Below are positions 1 through 10,108 of a DNA stretch of 64,000 bases, piece by piece; position 1 is the first letter of the stretch, and the number at the start of each line of letters is the position of its first letter. The notes beneath the pieces were generated by a model that was not told where the DNA came from, ran no database searches, and saw only the letters and a program-made list of their open reading frames with translations. Source of the DNA: an uncultured Gemmatimonadales bacterium (GTDB taxonomy: Bacteria; Gemmatimonadota; Gemmatimonadetes; Gemmatimonadales; Gemmatimonadaceae); assembly GCA_963793305.1 (NCBI GenBank), contig CAWBZV010000005.1, forward strand, positions 608,001 to 672,000. The letters run 5' to 3'. The translations under genes and the position numbers were made by a program.

Positions 1-1632
1 CGTCGTCGAGACGCAGTCGAACCGGGAAGCGCGCATCACCGCCGTGCCAACTCCAACTCTTGAGGGGCATTCCGTCGGCAACACCGGCCGCTGCCGCGGG
101 GCCGCCCACGCGCACGCCGCGAACGACGTGGTCGCGGGTCGAGGCTGACGCATCGAACCCAAAGTCGAAGGTGTACAGTGACTGGAGCTCGACGCGGGCG
201 CAGCCGGCGATCGCGCCCGCGATCATGGGAACCATCTCGCCACGCACGATGAACGAATCGATGGCCGCGGCGAGGGCCGGACGGGACAGAGGCAAAGCGG
301 CGGCGACGATTGCGGAGTCGGTGACCTGTCCGCCGCGGCGCGATGCGCGGTATAACGCGTGCATGAGATCATCGACGGCGCGTTGCCCGAGATGGAGGGC
401 CAGCGCATAGCCTTGATAGTATGGATATCGATTGGCGTTCGCGTCGACCCAATATCGCCGCTCGATCTCCGTCAGCGAGCTGCCGTGCAGGGGCGAGAGG
501 TAGTACGCGCGGAGCCCCGCGTTCACGCGATCGATGTAGCCGCTGTCGGTCAACAGGCCGGCGGCGCGTGCCATGCGGTCCGCGTAGTACTCGGTGAAGC
601 CTTCGGAGAACCACTTATAGTGTTCCTCGGGCGGGGCGGTCGCGATCGTGTGGCCGTTCCATTCGTGGAAGATTTCGTGCGAGAGGTTGAGGGCGATGGT
701 AGGCACTGCGAACGCGGTGTCGGCAAATGATACGAATCCGTTCGTGAACGCGGTGCCACCGACCAACCCTCGCGAAAAGAGCGGTACGAGCACAACGGAG
801 TACAACCGGAGGCCGTGTCGCCCCAGAACGCGCGCTCGGTCGACCAGATGCTCGCGACGGTCCGAATGAAGACGGAGTCGCTGAAGTGAAAGTGTCCACC
901 TATTCGAACGTCGAGTCCGGGGTTGCGGTCGTTAGACGGCGCTCCTCGGAAACGACCGGCGGCAAACGAAGCGTTGCGCAGTTGATCGATGGTCGTCGTC
1001 GCGTATTGCTCGAGGCCGCCGCCATAGCTCGTCACGACGCTCCAATCGGCGGGGAGATTGCGCCACGAGACGTGCACGGAGACGCGGGTACTGTCCGGTA
1101 GGTCCGGCACCAGTAAGCCGTTTTGCGCGTTGAAGACAGCGAAGTCGCTGTCGACGACGGCTCGGTGATAGAGTGGATAGCGAAGGGCGCCCGTCCAGTC
1201 CTGGTGTAGCCGAAAGCTCACGGTGGTCGCGGACGGTAGGCGATACGCGGAGTCGGTCTCGGGCATGACGACGCCCCTCCCGATCGCGTTCACATTGGTG
1301 ATGGACTTGAACAGGCTGTCCTGCCCGGCCCACCGCGCGGGCCGGCGCACGCGGATGGTCGCATCGTCGACCCCATGCAGCGTGAGGGCGATGTCGAGGC
1401 ACGCCGCACCGGCGGAATCGTAGGCGAACGAGAGGGCGTAGCTCAGGTCAAACAGCGGCGTCGCTGCGGGGTTTCGGCGCACGTGCGGTGTACACGCCAA
1501 CGCGCCGAACGCGAGCAAGGCCGCGAAACGCGCGGCGTCGGTGGTCACGATCGGTCTCGCGGAGCCGCGACGCTTCACGGCGTTGTCACCATGCGCTACC
1601 TGTTCTCGGACGCAGCAGGTATCAAGAGTCAC
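1..1632 (-). CDS. M61/M1-type zinc metallopeptidase, lipoprotein-like; runs off left edge; frameshift near 805
   Basis: ORF 550..1632 gives the N-terminal domain (LGALAC lipobox-like). After a frame change near 805 the minus strand reads LYSVVLVP...GGTAFTNGF...LSHEIFHEWNG...WFSEGFTEYYA (HEXXH plus downstream E) and stays open towards position 1. Confidence 0.75.
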
Positions 1633-1718
1633 GTGGCTTCGAGCACGCGTCTAGAACGAATGCAACATCCAAGTCGTTTGGGCTGGCGTGCCGCGTCGAG
1701 TCCACTACTTTCGCTCAC

Positions 1719-3536
1719 ATGCGCAACGTCCCGGTCGTACGCGGAATTGCCATCGCCGTCGTCTGGACCAGCACGGCGATCGCGCAGAGCGCCGATGATG
1801 GGTGGGGTGGTGTCTGCTGGAGCGCACGAACTGGGGGTGCGATCCGCTCTGTGCCCGCGGTGACCAATGATGCCGTGTATGTCGGGAGCGCCGACGGATA
1901 TTTCTACAAGCTCGATCGGCGCAGCGGGTCAATCCGGTGGCGATTTGCGGCGGGGAGTCCCGTCGATGGGGCGCCGGACGTGGGCGCGCAACTGGTGTAT
2001 GTCACCGCGCGCAACGGGCGGGTGTATGCTGTCGAGAAGGAGAGTGGGCGCTTGCGTTGGTCGCATCAGGCTGGAGCCGCAGTCATGCTGGGACCGTATC
2101 AGCGCGGGTACGATCTGTTCGTCGCGGGGCCCCGAACCGCCGACTCATCGGTCATCGTCGGTGGCCCGGACGGCGTGGTGTGGGCATTCGATGCCGTGAG
2201 CGGGCGTGCGCGCTGGCATGTCGCGCTCGGCACGTCGATCTGGGCCACGCCTGCCGTCGATGGCGGGACTCTGTATATCGCAGCGAACGACGGCCGGTTG
2301 TATGCGCTCGAGCGCCGCACTGGCGCGCGGCGGTGGCGCTTCGACACCGAAGGCGCGGGGCTCGATCTGGCCAAGGAAGGATTCGATCGGCGGTCCATCC
2401 AGTCGTCTCCGGTCATTGGTGAGGGGATGGTGCTCTTCGGGTCGCGCGACGGACACCTGTATGCGGTCGACGCCAAGAGCGGCCAACAGCGGTGGCGTGC
2501 CGCATACGCCCCTTCGTGGATCGTGTCCTCACCGACCGTTGATGGCGATACGGTGTACGTGACGACATCCGATGCTCAGCTCGTTGCCGCGCTGGACGCT
2601 CGTAGTGGTCGGGAGATCTGGCGCCGACGTTTGGGTGGGAGACTTTTTCCCGCGGCGGCGATTTCAGGTACGGCGTTGTACGTGGGCACGAACGAGGGGC
2701 AGTTCGTCGCACTCGATCGGGCAACCGGTGCCGTACGCTGGCGGTATCTGGTCGGCGATCCGCTGCACGCCACGCCCGTCGCGCGTGATGGCATTGTGTA
2801 TTTGGGGTCCGATGGTGGTCGCATCGAAGCCATCTCACTGAGTGCGGGATCGTTTCCGGTGAGAGCGGTGTTCTGGGATCCAATGTACGAGCGCTTGGGG
2901 CCGGTTCGTGGCGGCAGTGCGCTGCGCGAATATTTGGCGGAAAATGGGTTCGAGCTTTTGGACTCCGCCGCGCTCGGATCATTTCTCCGCGCGCGGATCG
3001 ACGATCGCCGGCCGAGCGCGATCGTGTTTGCGCAGGATGTTCTGCCGAATGCCGATACTGCTGCGTTTCACGAGTATCTGGCAGCGCAGGGGAAAGTGGT
3101 CTGGTTCGGAAATCCACCACTGGCGTTGGGACGAGATTCCACCGGTGGGATTCCGCGCGACTCCTCGGGGTATCCGGACGATATTTCACTGGCCCGAACC
3201 GACCGTCTCCTCGGCAACATCTACAAGCTGGGCCGATTCGACGGGACCAACTGGTGGGCGACGCCGACGCCGACTGGTCGCGCCTGGGGGCTGGATGATG
3301 GTCGTATCATCTCGGGATCCGTTGGCATTGCCGGTGTCAGCGAAGTGCTGGCGGTAACGGAGACTGGCTTCGCAGGGGCCTGGGTCAAGTCGTATGGCGG
3401 GCCGCGGGGCTCGGGCTTTGTTATGCTCGGGGGCGGCGGCGTGCCGCGCGCGGATGGCATTCCGCTCGAGCAGCTGGCGAGCATTCGACGGGTAGCGGAC
3501 TACGGATTGATTCGACGCGCCGGCGGTTGTCACTAG
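1719..3536 (+). CDS. Secreted PQQ-type beta-propeller repeat protein (BamB-like repeats) with C-terminal extension
   Basis: Signal peptide from ATG 1719. Many repeats of the type VYVGSxDGxLYALDxxTGxxRW. Confidence 0.8.
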   Translation: MRNVPVVRGIAIAVVWTSTAIAQSADDGWGGVCWSARTGGAIRSVPAVTNDAVYVGSADGYFYKLDRRSGSIRWRFAAGSPVDGAPDVGAQLVYVTARNGRVYAVEKESGRLRWSHQAGAAVMLGPYQRGYDLFVAGPRTADSSVIVGGPDGVVWAFDAVSGRARWHVALGTSIWATPAVDGGTLYIAANDGRLYALERRTGARRWRFDTEGAGLDLAKEGFDRRSIQSSPVIGEGMVLFGSRDGHLYAVDAKSGQQRWRAAYAPSWIVSSPTVDGDTVYVTTSDAQLVAALDARSGREIWRRRLGGRLFPAAAISGTALYVGTNEGQFVALDRATGAVRWRYLVGDPLHATPVARDGIVYLGSDGGRIEAISLSAGSFPVRAVFWDPMYERLGPVRGGSALREYLAENGFELLDSAALGSFLRARIDDRRPSAIVFAQDVLPNADTAAFHEYLAAQGKVVWFGNPPLALGRDSTGGIPRDSSGYPDDISLARTDRLLGNIYKLGRFDGTNWWATPTPTGRAWGLDDGRIISGSVGIAGVSEVLAVTETGFAGAWVKSYGGPRGSGFVMLGGGGVPRADGIPLEQLASIRRVADYGLIRRAGGCH

Positions 3537-3642
3537 TGCCGGAGCTGGACGGCGCGGGGCTTGCAAGCTGAAATCGTTGTGAACGGCCGGAGCCCGCCTG
3601 GCTGTAGCCCGTTCGAGGATCGTTCGATCGTCAGCAGCGCGA

Positions 3643-5091
3643 TCAGGGGCCAACCGGGCTAAATCGTGCTACGAGCGCGGCCCAGGGGACCAGCCGGAAG
3701 TGTGGCCCCGATGTCACGCGAGGGGCGAGATGCAGTTCGTTGGCCGTCTGCACCAGCTCGGAGACATAGAGATTGGGGGACGTGGTGTCCTGGACGCGGT
3801 CGCTCGCCCAAAGGAAGCCGGCGTCCGCGATGTAGACGCCCAAGACTCCCTCGCTCGCCGCGCCGGTGACGGGGAAGACGGTCAGCGCGCCGCCCGCGCG
3901 CGACTCGCTCGAGCGAACGGTATCGATGTGCGCGCGAGTTGCCGCGCGGATCATTGGCGCGGTCAGCGGGTGGGTGAGGACAGTCGCGCCGTTCGCGACC
4001 CAATAGCGGAGTCCCGCGATGTGCGGCCAAATGTCAGTGGCGGCGACGAAGACGAGCGGATGGTGACCTGGGAATAGCTTACCGATCCACGACGAATCCT
4101 GGCTGGCGCGGCGGTCGCCTTGCGGTGAGTCGAGGATGAAGACGGTGTCGGCGACGAGCGCGATCGCGGATGTGAACGAGCGGTTCACGAGCAAGAACGC
4201 GTGAGCGCTTACGCGAACGGTGTCGGGCGCTTCGTCGGTCCAGTAGGGTTCGGGAGGTACCAGGAGCGAGTCCGCCATCACTCCAAACGCGGACATTGAA
4301 GGAAATACCGGCGCACTGTCGCGGCTCACGAGAGTGGCACCATTGGCGCCGACGATGCGGAGACGGTCCTTCGCTCCGCCGACGACGCGCATGACGCCCA
4401 TGGGGAAGAGCGCCGGACCGACGCGATCCCAGTCACCGTAACGGTACTCCACCGACTCGGGCCCTTTGAAGTAGTTCCGCTCCATCCGCGCGAGCGCGAC
4501 TGGGAGCCCATTTGACTCGCTGATGAGCAGGTGCTCCGCGCGGGGCCCCGAGAGCCGGCGCAGCGTGAGGCGTGGAAGTCCGCGAAACGCGCAGCGCCCT
4601 TCGAAGACCGCATCGCCGCGCGCCATCCAATCCGCTACCACGGCCCAGGGATTGAACGAGCGTTGCCAGGTGGCGGCGCCATGAAGCGCCACAGGTGCGA
4701 GATGCACCGAGTCGGTGCCGGTCAGCGTCGCCCGAACGCCGCTCCAAAGAGCGCTCTTGGGACCGAATGGGCTCGTGCGCTCGATACTCGCGGCCGGATC
4801 GAACCAGAAGTCCTCGTCGGTATCGAATGCCTCGAAAGGCGGATCGCTGCGGTCGCCGAGGTCGCGGAGCTCGCGCACCATCCGCGAGCGGACGTGCAGG
4901 ACTCGCCCCATGACTCGGGTGACGCCCATCGACGCGACGGCTCGACTCAGGACGTCCGTCGCCGAGGTGCCGCGTGGCGCTGGTTGGCATGATGGGAATT
5001 GGCTCGCGATCGCCGCGAGCAAGAGCGCTTCGGGGATTAATCTCGCGATTGGGCTGATCTTCGATCCACTGGACTGGGGGAAGTTGGTCAA
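3643..5091 (-). CDS. Hypothetical secreted protein with C-terminal metallo-beta-lactamase-like fold; 5' end uncertain or disrupted
   Basis: Long ORF with VFILDSP...ATDIWPHIAGLR resembling a degenerate HxHxDH region. A hydrophobic signal-like stretch lies near 5000-5035. Confidence 0.5.
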   Translation of the reverse strand: MTNFPQSSGSKISPIARLIPEALLLAAIASQFPSCQPAPRGTSATDVLSRAVASMGVTRVMGRVLHVRSRMVRELRDLGDRSDPPFEAFDTDEDFWFDPAASIERTSPFGPKSALWSGVRATLTGTDSVHLAPVALHGAATWQRSFNPWAVVADWMARGDAVFEGRCAFRGLPRLTLRRLSGPRAEHLLISESNGLPVALARMERNYFKGPESVEYRYGDWDRVGPALFPMGVMRVVGGAKDRLRIVGANGATLVSRDSAPVFPSMSAFGVMADSLLVPPEPYWTDEAPDTVRVSAHAFLLVNRSFTSAIALVADTVFILDSPQGDRRASQDSSWIGKLFPGHHPLVFVAATDIWPHIAGLRYWVANGATVLTHPLTAPMIRAATRAHIDTVRSSESRAGGALTVFPVTGAASEGVLGVYIADAGFLWASDRVQDTTSPNLYVSELVQTANELHLAPRVTSGPHFRLVPWAALVARFSPVGP

Positions 5092-5314
5092 AATTGCAAT
5101 TCGAATAGTCGACCCCGATGGAGCAGAGCTGGTGTCATTGAATGCTCAGCCAATAAGCTTTCAACCTCCATACCCAGGGTATCCCGCGGTGTGGTTCAAC
5201 ACACTAAGCATCAATGTTGTGTTCCCACGAGAGGGCACGTATTCCTTCCAACTCCGCGTGGATGGCCTGCAACTGAGCGAAGTCCCTCTGTATGTAGGGC
5301 CGTCCCCTAAGTAA
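5033..5314 (+). pseudogene. 5'-truncated fragment of a small beta-sandwich protein (DUF6941-like)
   Basis: Low-GC segment translating to ...IAIRIVDPDGAEL...VVFPREGTYSFQLRVDGLQLSEVPLYV. No credible start; it abuts the opposite-strand gene. Confidence 0.4.
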
Positions 5315-5648
5315 GAGCTTGCGCTGGCGCAAAAGCGCTAGACGCTCGATCGCGACCTCGCTCAGGCCGCCGCCGGCAGCCTGCTGAGCCAAGAGAAATC
5401 CGTCGGCGCTTAACTGCATGCGCTACGCGTCACGGGCCGGCTAGAGGTCGCATCTCATGTGGAGCCAACATTTCGGCTGAAAGGACCGAGGCAATTCTGA
5501 CCTAGATATTGCCATCGCGAGCCCCTAAGGTTTGCCGGATGCCACGGCCTCCTGAGCTAGCGCGACGTCGCTGGTCGACCTATGCCACCCTTATATTCCG
5601 TTGGTCCAACAGCTACCGCGGCCCATTGCCGCGTCCGCGGTAGGCCTT

Positions 5649-5903
5649 ATGGAGTGGCCGACTTGGTGGAACTGGGACCTCGAGCTAACGCCTCATCTCG
5701 AAAAGCGCATGGAGGATCGCCAGTTTTCGGAAATCGATCTGAGGGCCATGTTGCATAAGGCGGCCGGGTGTCATCCCAATGTGATTGCCGGACGGTTCGT
5801 TGTCGATACAACACACGCCGGGCGCCCCTGGGAAGTCATAGTCGAACCGGACGATGATGAGTCCTTACTAGTCGTGGTTACCGCGTACCCAGTCGACCGA
5901 TAA
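5649..5903 (+). CDS. DUF4258-family putative toxin (RelE/BrnT-like)
   Basis: LTPHLEKRMEDRQFSEIDLR...VIVEPD...LVVVTAYP pattern; immediately upstream of a DUF2283 gene. Confidence 0.75.
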   Translation: MEWPTWWNWDLELTPHLEKRMEDRQFSEIDLRAMLHKAAGCHPNVIAGRFVVDTTHAGRPWEVIVEPDDDESLLVVVTAYPVDR

Positions 5904-5907
5904 GACC

Positions 5908-6177
5908 ATGCGAGATCGCTACCTTGAGGTGACATTCCGGAAGGGCAAAGTCCTCGCCGCGTATCTGTACCTTCCCAGGCCCGCTGGCGCACGCAGCGTT
6001 CGAACGGTGACCGCAGGCCCAGGCATTTTGATTGACTTCGGTTCCGGCGATGTAGTGATCGGTATTGAAATCACGTCACCTGGCGCGATTACTCTCGACG
6101 CGATCAACGCAGTTTTGGCGCAATTGGGGCAACCGCGCGTAAGCGCCGCGGAGTTAGCGCCACTGCGTGCAGCATAG
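5908..6177 (+). CDS. DUF2283-family putative antitoxin
   Basis: AAYLYL...GILIDFG...VIGIEI motif; 4 nt after the toxin gene. Confidence 0.75.
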   Translation: MRDRYLEVTFRKGKVLAAYLYLPRPAGARSVRTVTAGPGILIDFGSGDVVIGIEITSPGAITLDAINAVLAQLGQPRVSAAELAPLRAA

Positions 6178-6308
6178 CCATCGCTCCGGCTCTCGCACTG
6201 CCAGATTCACAGCCGCTTGTCGAACGGCGATAGTTGAGGTGACGCGAGTCGTCGCCGCGCCGATCAAGATACCGCCCTTACGTCTCTCGCACGGCTGGCT
6301 TCGCGCCT

Positions 6309-7350
6309 ATGTCCTATCGCCCCGAACGAGTCAACCTGCATCAGAAAGTGCTCGACGCCGTGTATGCGCACGTACTGCGCGACTCGAAGTGGCCAAGAAC
6401 GCGGCTGCTTGAGATTGAACTGGCTACCTTCTTACCTCCGGGCGTTGGCTGGTTCGAGGTTATCCACGAGATCGGCAACGAGTTCATCTCTGAGTGCTCC
6501 GCCAGAGGGCGACGGAACGTGCATGCTGACGCTGGGCGGCGTAGCGAGGTGCACGAGGGCCGAACTGGACGTTCAGCGAGTCCTCTATATCGCCGGCAAT
6601 GCCGCCGCCGCCTACCACGAGTCCGGCGGGGACGGAACTGCCGTGTTAAATCTCGGCGATCTCTTCAAAGCGGAGGCGCTAGACAGTCCATCGATGAGTC
6701 GTCTTATGATGATCCTCGAGTCGATGGAATGGCTCTCGCCGGCCGGATTCCCAGTGTACAAGGTGTTGCGCGGAGCGATGACGCTCGGTGGCGTTAAGTC
6801 GGTGGACGAGCTTGCGGCTCGGACACGTGACTACAAGCGCGGCGTAGAGCGCGACAAGCGGCTTGCTTATTCCTCAATCAACGGCGCCGCGGCTCCGCCG
6901 CACATCCTCTTCGTCAGTCACGCCGCGGTCGATCTGGAGATCGCCGACCTGCTTGCTGCCCATCTGGAGGTCGCTCTCCCGATGACCGCCGTCTTCGTTG
7001 CGTCCCGGCGGGATGCGATCGTCTCCGGAGAAGAGTGGTTGGACTTGATCCGTGCGAAGCTTCGACAAGCGGACGCGTTCGTCGTGCTATGGACGCACCG
7101 AAGTGCCGAGAGACCATGGCTATGGCTCGAAACCGGCGGTGCCTGGGTGAAGGACAATCCACGACTAATACCGGCAACAGCTGGCGGATTCGCCAAGAGT
7201 AAGATCCCGTTGCCCATTTTACTCAGCCAGGCGCGTGCCCTCGAAGATCCGCAGGATGCGGCACAGCTCTTTCGTGATCTCGGTGGCGAGCTGAAGGATC
7301 CGGCTGCCTTCTCAGCGGCGATCGCCGAGGCCGCGCAAAGAATCAAGTGA
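6309..7350 (+). CDS. Protein with unknown N-terminal domain and C-terminal TIR domain; frameshift near 6490-6500
   Basis: Joins ORFs 6309 and 6364. C-terminus reads LFVSHA...D...GEEW...I...L...F.VL.T..S..RPW...E.G.AW, with the TIR catalytic Glu present. Confidence 0.8.
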
Positions 7351-7419
7351 GCTTGTAGTTCATCGGTTGCGTCATTGCTGGCGTGCCCACTTTTAGCACG
7401 CGCAGTACGTTGTCCGAGC

Positions 7420-8199
7420 CTACTTACCACCAGGTTCGGGGCAGTACTTCGTCAAGAAGTACGGATCATCTACCGGCACAACGCGCAACGAAACGGATCT
7501 CATCGAGTACAGTCCACAACTTATGACGTCCGCCGAATCTAGGTCGAACAAAGCAACGTTATGACCCGGTCCGAGCGCGCTGTGATACGCAATGCCATCG
7601 AGGCCGTCATTTCGGAAAAGCTCGGCCAGAATCTGTGTCGGTACGTACTCGGCAAGGTCCTCGTGGCGCCCGACTGGCCGCGAATACGCTCGATCTATCT
7701 CGCCCCAATTGGCCCGCTCGCGCTCTGCCTCGTCTGGTTCGTTGAAGTAGACCTTCCACGGCCCGGCGTTGACGGTGCAGTTCATGATACGAAAAGTACG
7801 GCAGACCCGAAGCTCGGCGGCTGACACGAGAGCCCCGATCCAGGGACGAACCTCGGCAATTGTCGTGTCGCGCTCAGTGGCGGTGTACAGCACGGGAATT
7901 CCCTTAGGATTGGCTCGACCTTCGTAGGCTGACTGCCGCCGTGGCTTCATCTCGTCAGGACCGAGGGCGCATGCCATGTCCTCCTGCTCATTCTCGGCTA
8001 CCAGCTCAGTCCGATAGTCATGCCCTTCGCGCGCTCTCCAGAGCACCGTCCCTGCGGCAATCTCCTCGCGCCGCGATTCGCTAGAGGACAGGACCGCGGC
8101 TAAGTAGTCTTGCTGCTCCTTCACCCTTATGTAGCGCCATTGCCGGCTCACCGACTCGGCGAACTCATCGAAGCTGCGGACGGATTTGAAGGGCGGCAT
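7420..8199 (-). CDS. RES-domain protein (NAD+ phosphorylase/ADP-ribosyltransferase fold)
   Basis: LWRAR...GRANPKGIPVLY...AEVRP...YVPTQILAE...DGIAYHS...NVALF; conserved R, E and S residues present. Confidence 0.85.
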   Translation of the reverse strand: MPPFKSVRSFDEFAESVSRQWRYIRVKEQQDYLAAVLSSSESRREEIAAGTVLWRAREGHDYRTELVAENEQEDMACALGPDEMKPRRQSAYEGRANPKGIPVLYTATERDTTIAEVRPWIGALVSAAELRVCRTFRIMNCTVNAGPWKVYFNEPDEAERERANWGEIDRAYSRPVGRHEDLAEYVPTQILAELFRNDGLDGIAYHSALGPGHNVALFDLDSADVISCGLYSMRSVSLRVVPVDDPYFLTKYCPEPGGK

Positions 8200-8213
8200 T
8201 TCCGTGGGCCACT

Positions 8214-8390
8214 CTACTTACGCTTTGCCTCAGCGGCCCTTCGCTCGATCTCTCTTAACACGAGCGACCGGACCCAGGAGCTAGCCAGCAGATGGTCCGC
8301 TTCCGCGGCTCTTTCGATGAGCTTCTTCTCGGTCGGCGTCACGCGAACGTAGACCACTTGAGACCGCTTCTCGGCCATGCGCTGGAACAT
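8214..8390 (-). CDS. Small ribbon-helix-helix protein (below the ORF-track size cutoff)
   Basis: Manual translation: (MFQR)MAEKRSQVVYVRVTPTEKKLIERAAEADHLLASSWVRSLVLREIERRAAEAKRK*. Beta-strand followed by two helices; stop lies 14 nt before the RES start. Confidence 0.7.
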   Translation of the reverse strand: MFQRMAEKRSQVVYVRVTPTEKKLIERAAEADHLLASSWVRSLVLREIERRAAEAKRK

Positions 8391-8556
8391 AGGCGAGCCT
8401 TTGGCAGGCGTCTGTGCGGCGAATCGCTAGCGTTTGTCCGACACGCTTCGTAGATTCCGGCGTCCCTAGTGGAGACCCGGAGACCGCATGACGTCCCAGG
8501 AACTAAGTGTCGTACCGTCTATGGACGCAGTGCGACCCTCGGTGGAGGGATCGCCA

Positions 8557-8805
8557 ATGACACCACTGGAGCGCAAAGCCGCTTTCAAGGCAGCAGTCAC
8601 TATGACGCAAGCCTCGGCTGCCGTGGCGGCGCGCCAGCTCAGTGTGTCCTACAACCACCTCATGCTCGTGCTTAGCGGCGAGCGTACCGGCTCCGAGCGG
8701 CTGTGCCGCGCGATTGCCGCATTCCTCTGTCGCACCGAAGTTGAAGTCTTCGGCAGTCGTGCCCAACGCGTGGCGCCCGAGCCTCAGAGCGGCAGAGAGC
8801 GATAG
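8557..8805 (+). CDS. Cro/Xre-like HTH protein, paralog of 16170..16445
   Basis: GGAGGG RBS before ATG 8557. AARQLSVSYNHLMLVLSGER HTH is near-identical to the element A copy. Confidence 0.7.
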   Translation: MTPLERKAAFKAAVTMTQASAAVAARQLSVSYNHLMLVLSGERTGSERLCRAIAAFLCRTEVEVFGSRAQRVAPEPQSGRER

Positions 8806-8849
8806 CGCCTGGCGCCACGGCGCTCAGCCTTTCCGTTGTGATTAGCTGT

Positions 8850-9060
8850 GCGAGCAAGAGGATCGATAGCGGTGTCTCGTGCCTTCGGCACTGCGACCCG
8901 CTATCTGATCCTTGCTCGCCGCCATTCGCACTCGGCTTCGCCGAGGTGCTCAAGGCGGGTCTAGCCTGTCCCGCATCGCGTCGCGCGAGCCTTGCCGCAT
9001 GTCCGAGCACGAGCCGTCGGGGCGCTCCGCCTTCTAGGGGCTCCCGCGCCCCACGGCTCG
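8850..9060. other. Conserved long imperfect hairpins in element C; candidate single-strand origin or structured element
   Basis: Stems at 8850-8919 (GCGAGCAA/TTGCTCGC, GGATC/GATCC, GATAGCGG/CCGCTATC, GTGCC-TTC-GGCAC), 8928-8949 and 9010-9060. All are conserved in element A. Confidence 0.6.
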
Positions 9061-9628
9061 AACTACGGAACAGCATCGGACTGGCGCGACGGGCCGATCG
9101 TCTGACGTAGACCCGAACGTCACCGAGGCCCGCCGCGCCACGAAGCGGGTTGTCCTGGTTGAAACGGTGCCATCTCTAACGCCACAGCGGCAGGTGGGTG
9201 GCCACTGAGCACGCGGCGCTCACGGCGTCTACAGAGCCGTGCTCAGGCAAACTACCCATTGCGGGCCGAGCCCGGCTTGGCTGCAGCGCCTCCCCCGAGT
9301 CCTCAATTCGGGTCCGAGCCGGGTCATTTCAACATTAACGTGCAATCGCGTGTCCTTAATCCGCTATCGGGCCGTGTCATCTCAGTAGGGCTGCGGATTT
9401 GGCGCCTCACCGGGGTTTGGTAGGTAGGAGGACTCACAGCGATGCCTCCCGCGCTCGCAAAGATGGACCAGATGCGCTTCTCGTGACTCTCACTCTTGTA
9501 GGCGCAGCTCGTCGACCCAAAGGCCGCGAGCGATAGCGCAGTCGCTTTGACCGTGTAACGGCAGGGGACTAGACCCCCTGGGACGTGAACTCCGTCTAGT
9601 AGAGAGACACACCAACCACAGGACACCG

Positions 9629-9990
9629 ATGACACCTCCGACGTTGGACCCCCGCACCAAACCGACGATGGTCCGCTGGACGCCCACCGAGATCGCGACG
9701 GTCAGCGAGCGCGCGCAGGCCTGCGGTCTCACCGTCGCCCGCTTCGTCCGCGAAGCAGCCCTCGGCGCTGTGCCCAAAGCCACGCGCAACGTCGACCAGA
9801 AGGCGTTGGTGCGCGAGCTGGCACGCAGTGGGCGACGGAACGGAAGCACCTCTCGATCACAGACGTCGCGGCCGCCGGCGGATGGCGCGATACGGCGACT
9901 CTTCTGACGTGCTACACGCAGCCAGATAACGAAACGCTCCTCGCCGTCATGAGCGAGGAGCGGAAGGTCCGAGAGATATCGGTTAGCTAG
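9629..9990 (+). pseudogene. mobC 5' part fused by deletion to the last ~50 codons of a tyrosine integrase
   Basis: 9629-9830 matches MobC 17944-18145. From ~9828 another frame reads WATERKHLSITDVAAAGGWRDTATLLTCYTQPDNETLLAVMSEERK, matching the C-terminus of integrase 20199..21497. Confidence 0.85.
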
Positions 9991-10060
9991 GTCGCGGCCG
10001 CAGAGAAACACGGAACAAACGCGGAACGCGATTTTCAGCTAGTTGTTAAGTCCTTGTAAC

Positions 10061-10108
10061 TCAATCGGGACGGCGGGATTTGAACCCGCGACCCCCTGAA
10101 CCCCATTC
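10061..10108 (-). repeat. att site: perfect 48-bp copy of the tRNA-Pro 3' half
   Basis: TCAATCGGGACGGCGGGATTTGAACCCGCGACCCCCTGAACCCCATTC is identical to 21501-21548. Confidence 0.95.

Larger units (their letters stand above)
5033..10060. mobile_element. Element C: decayed integrative mobilizable element; left boundary not defined
   Basis: Homologous HTH, hairpin, mobC and integrase-remnant backbone ending at att copy 10061. No att copy was found on its left. Confidence 0.6.
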
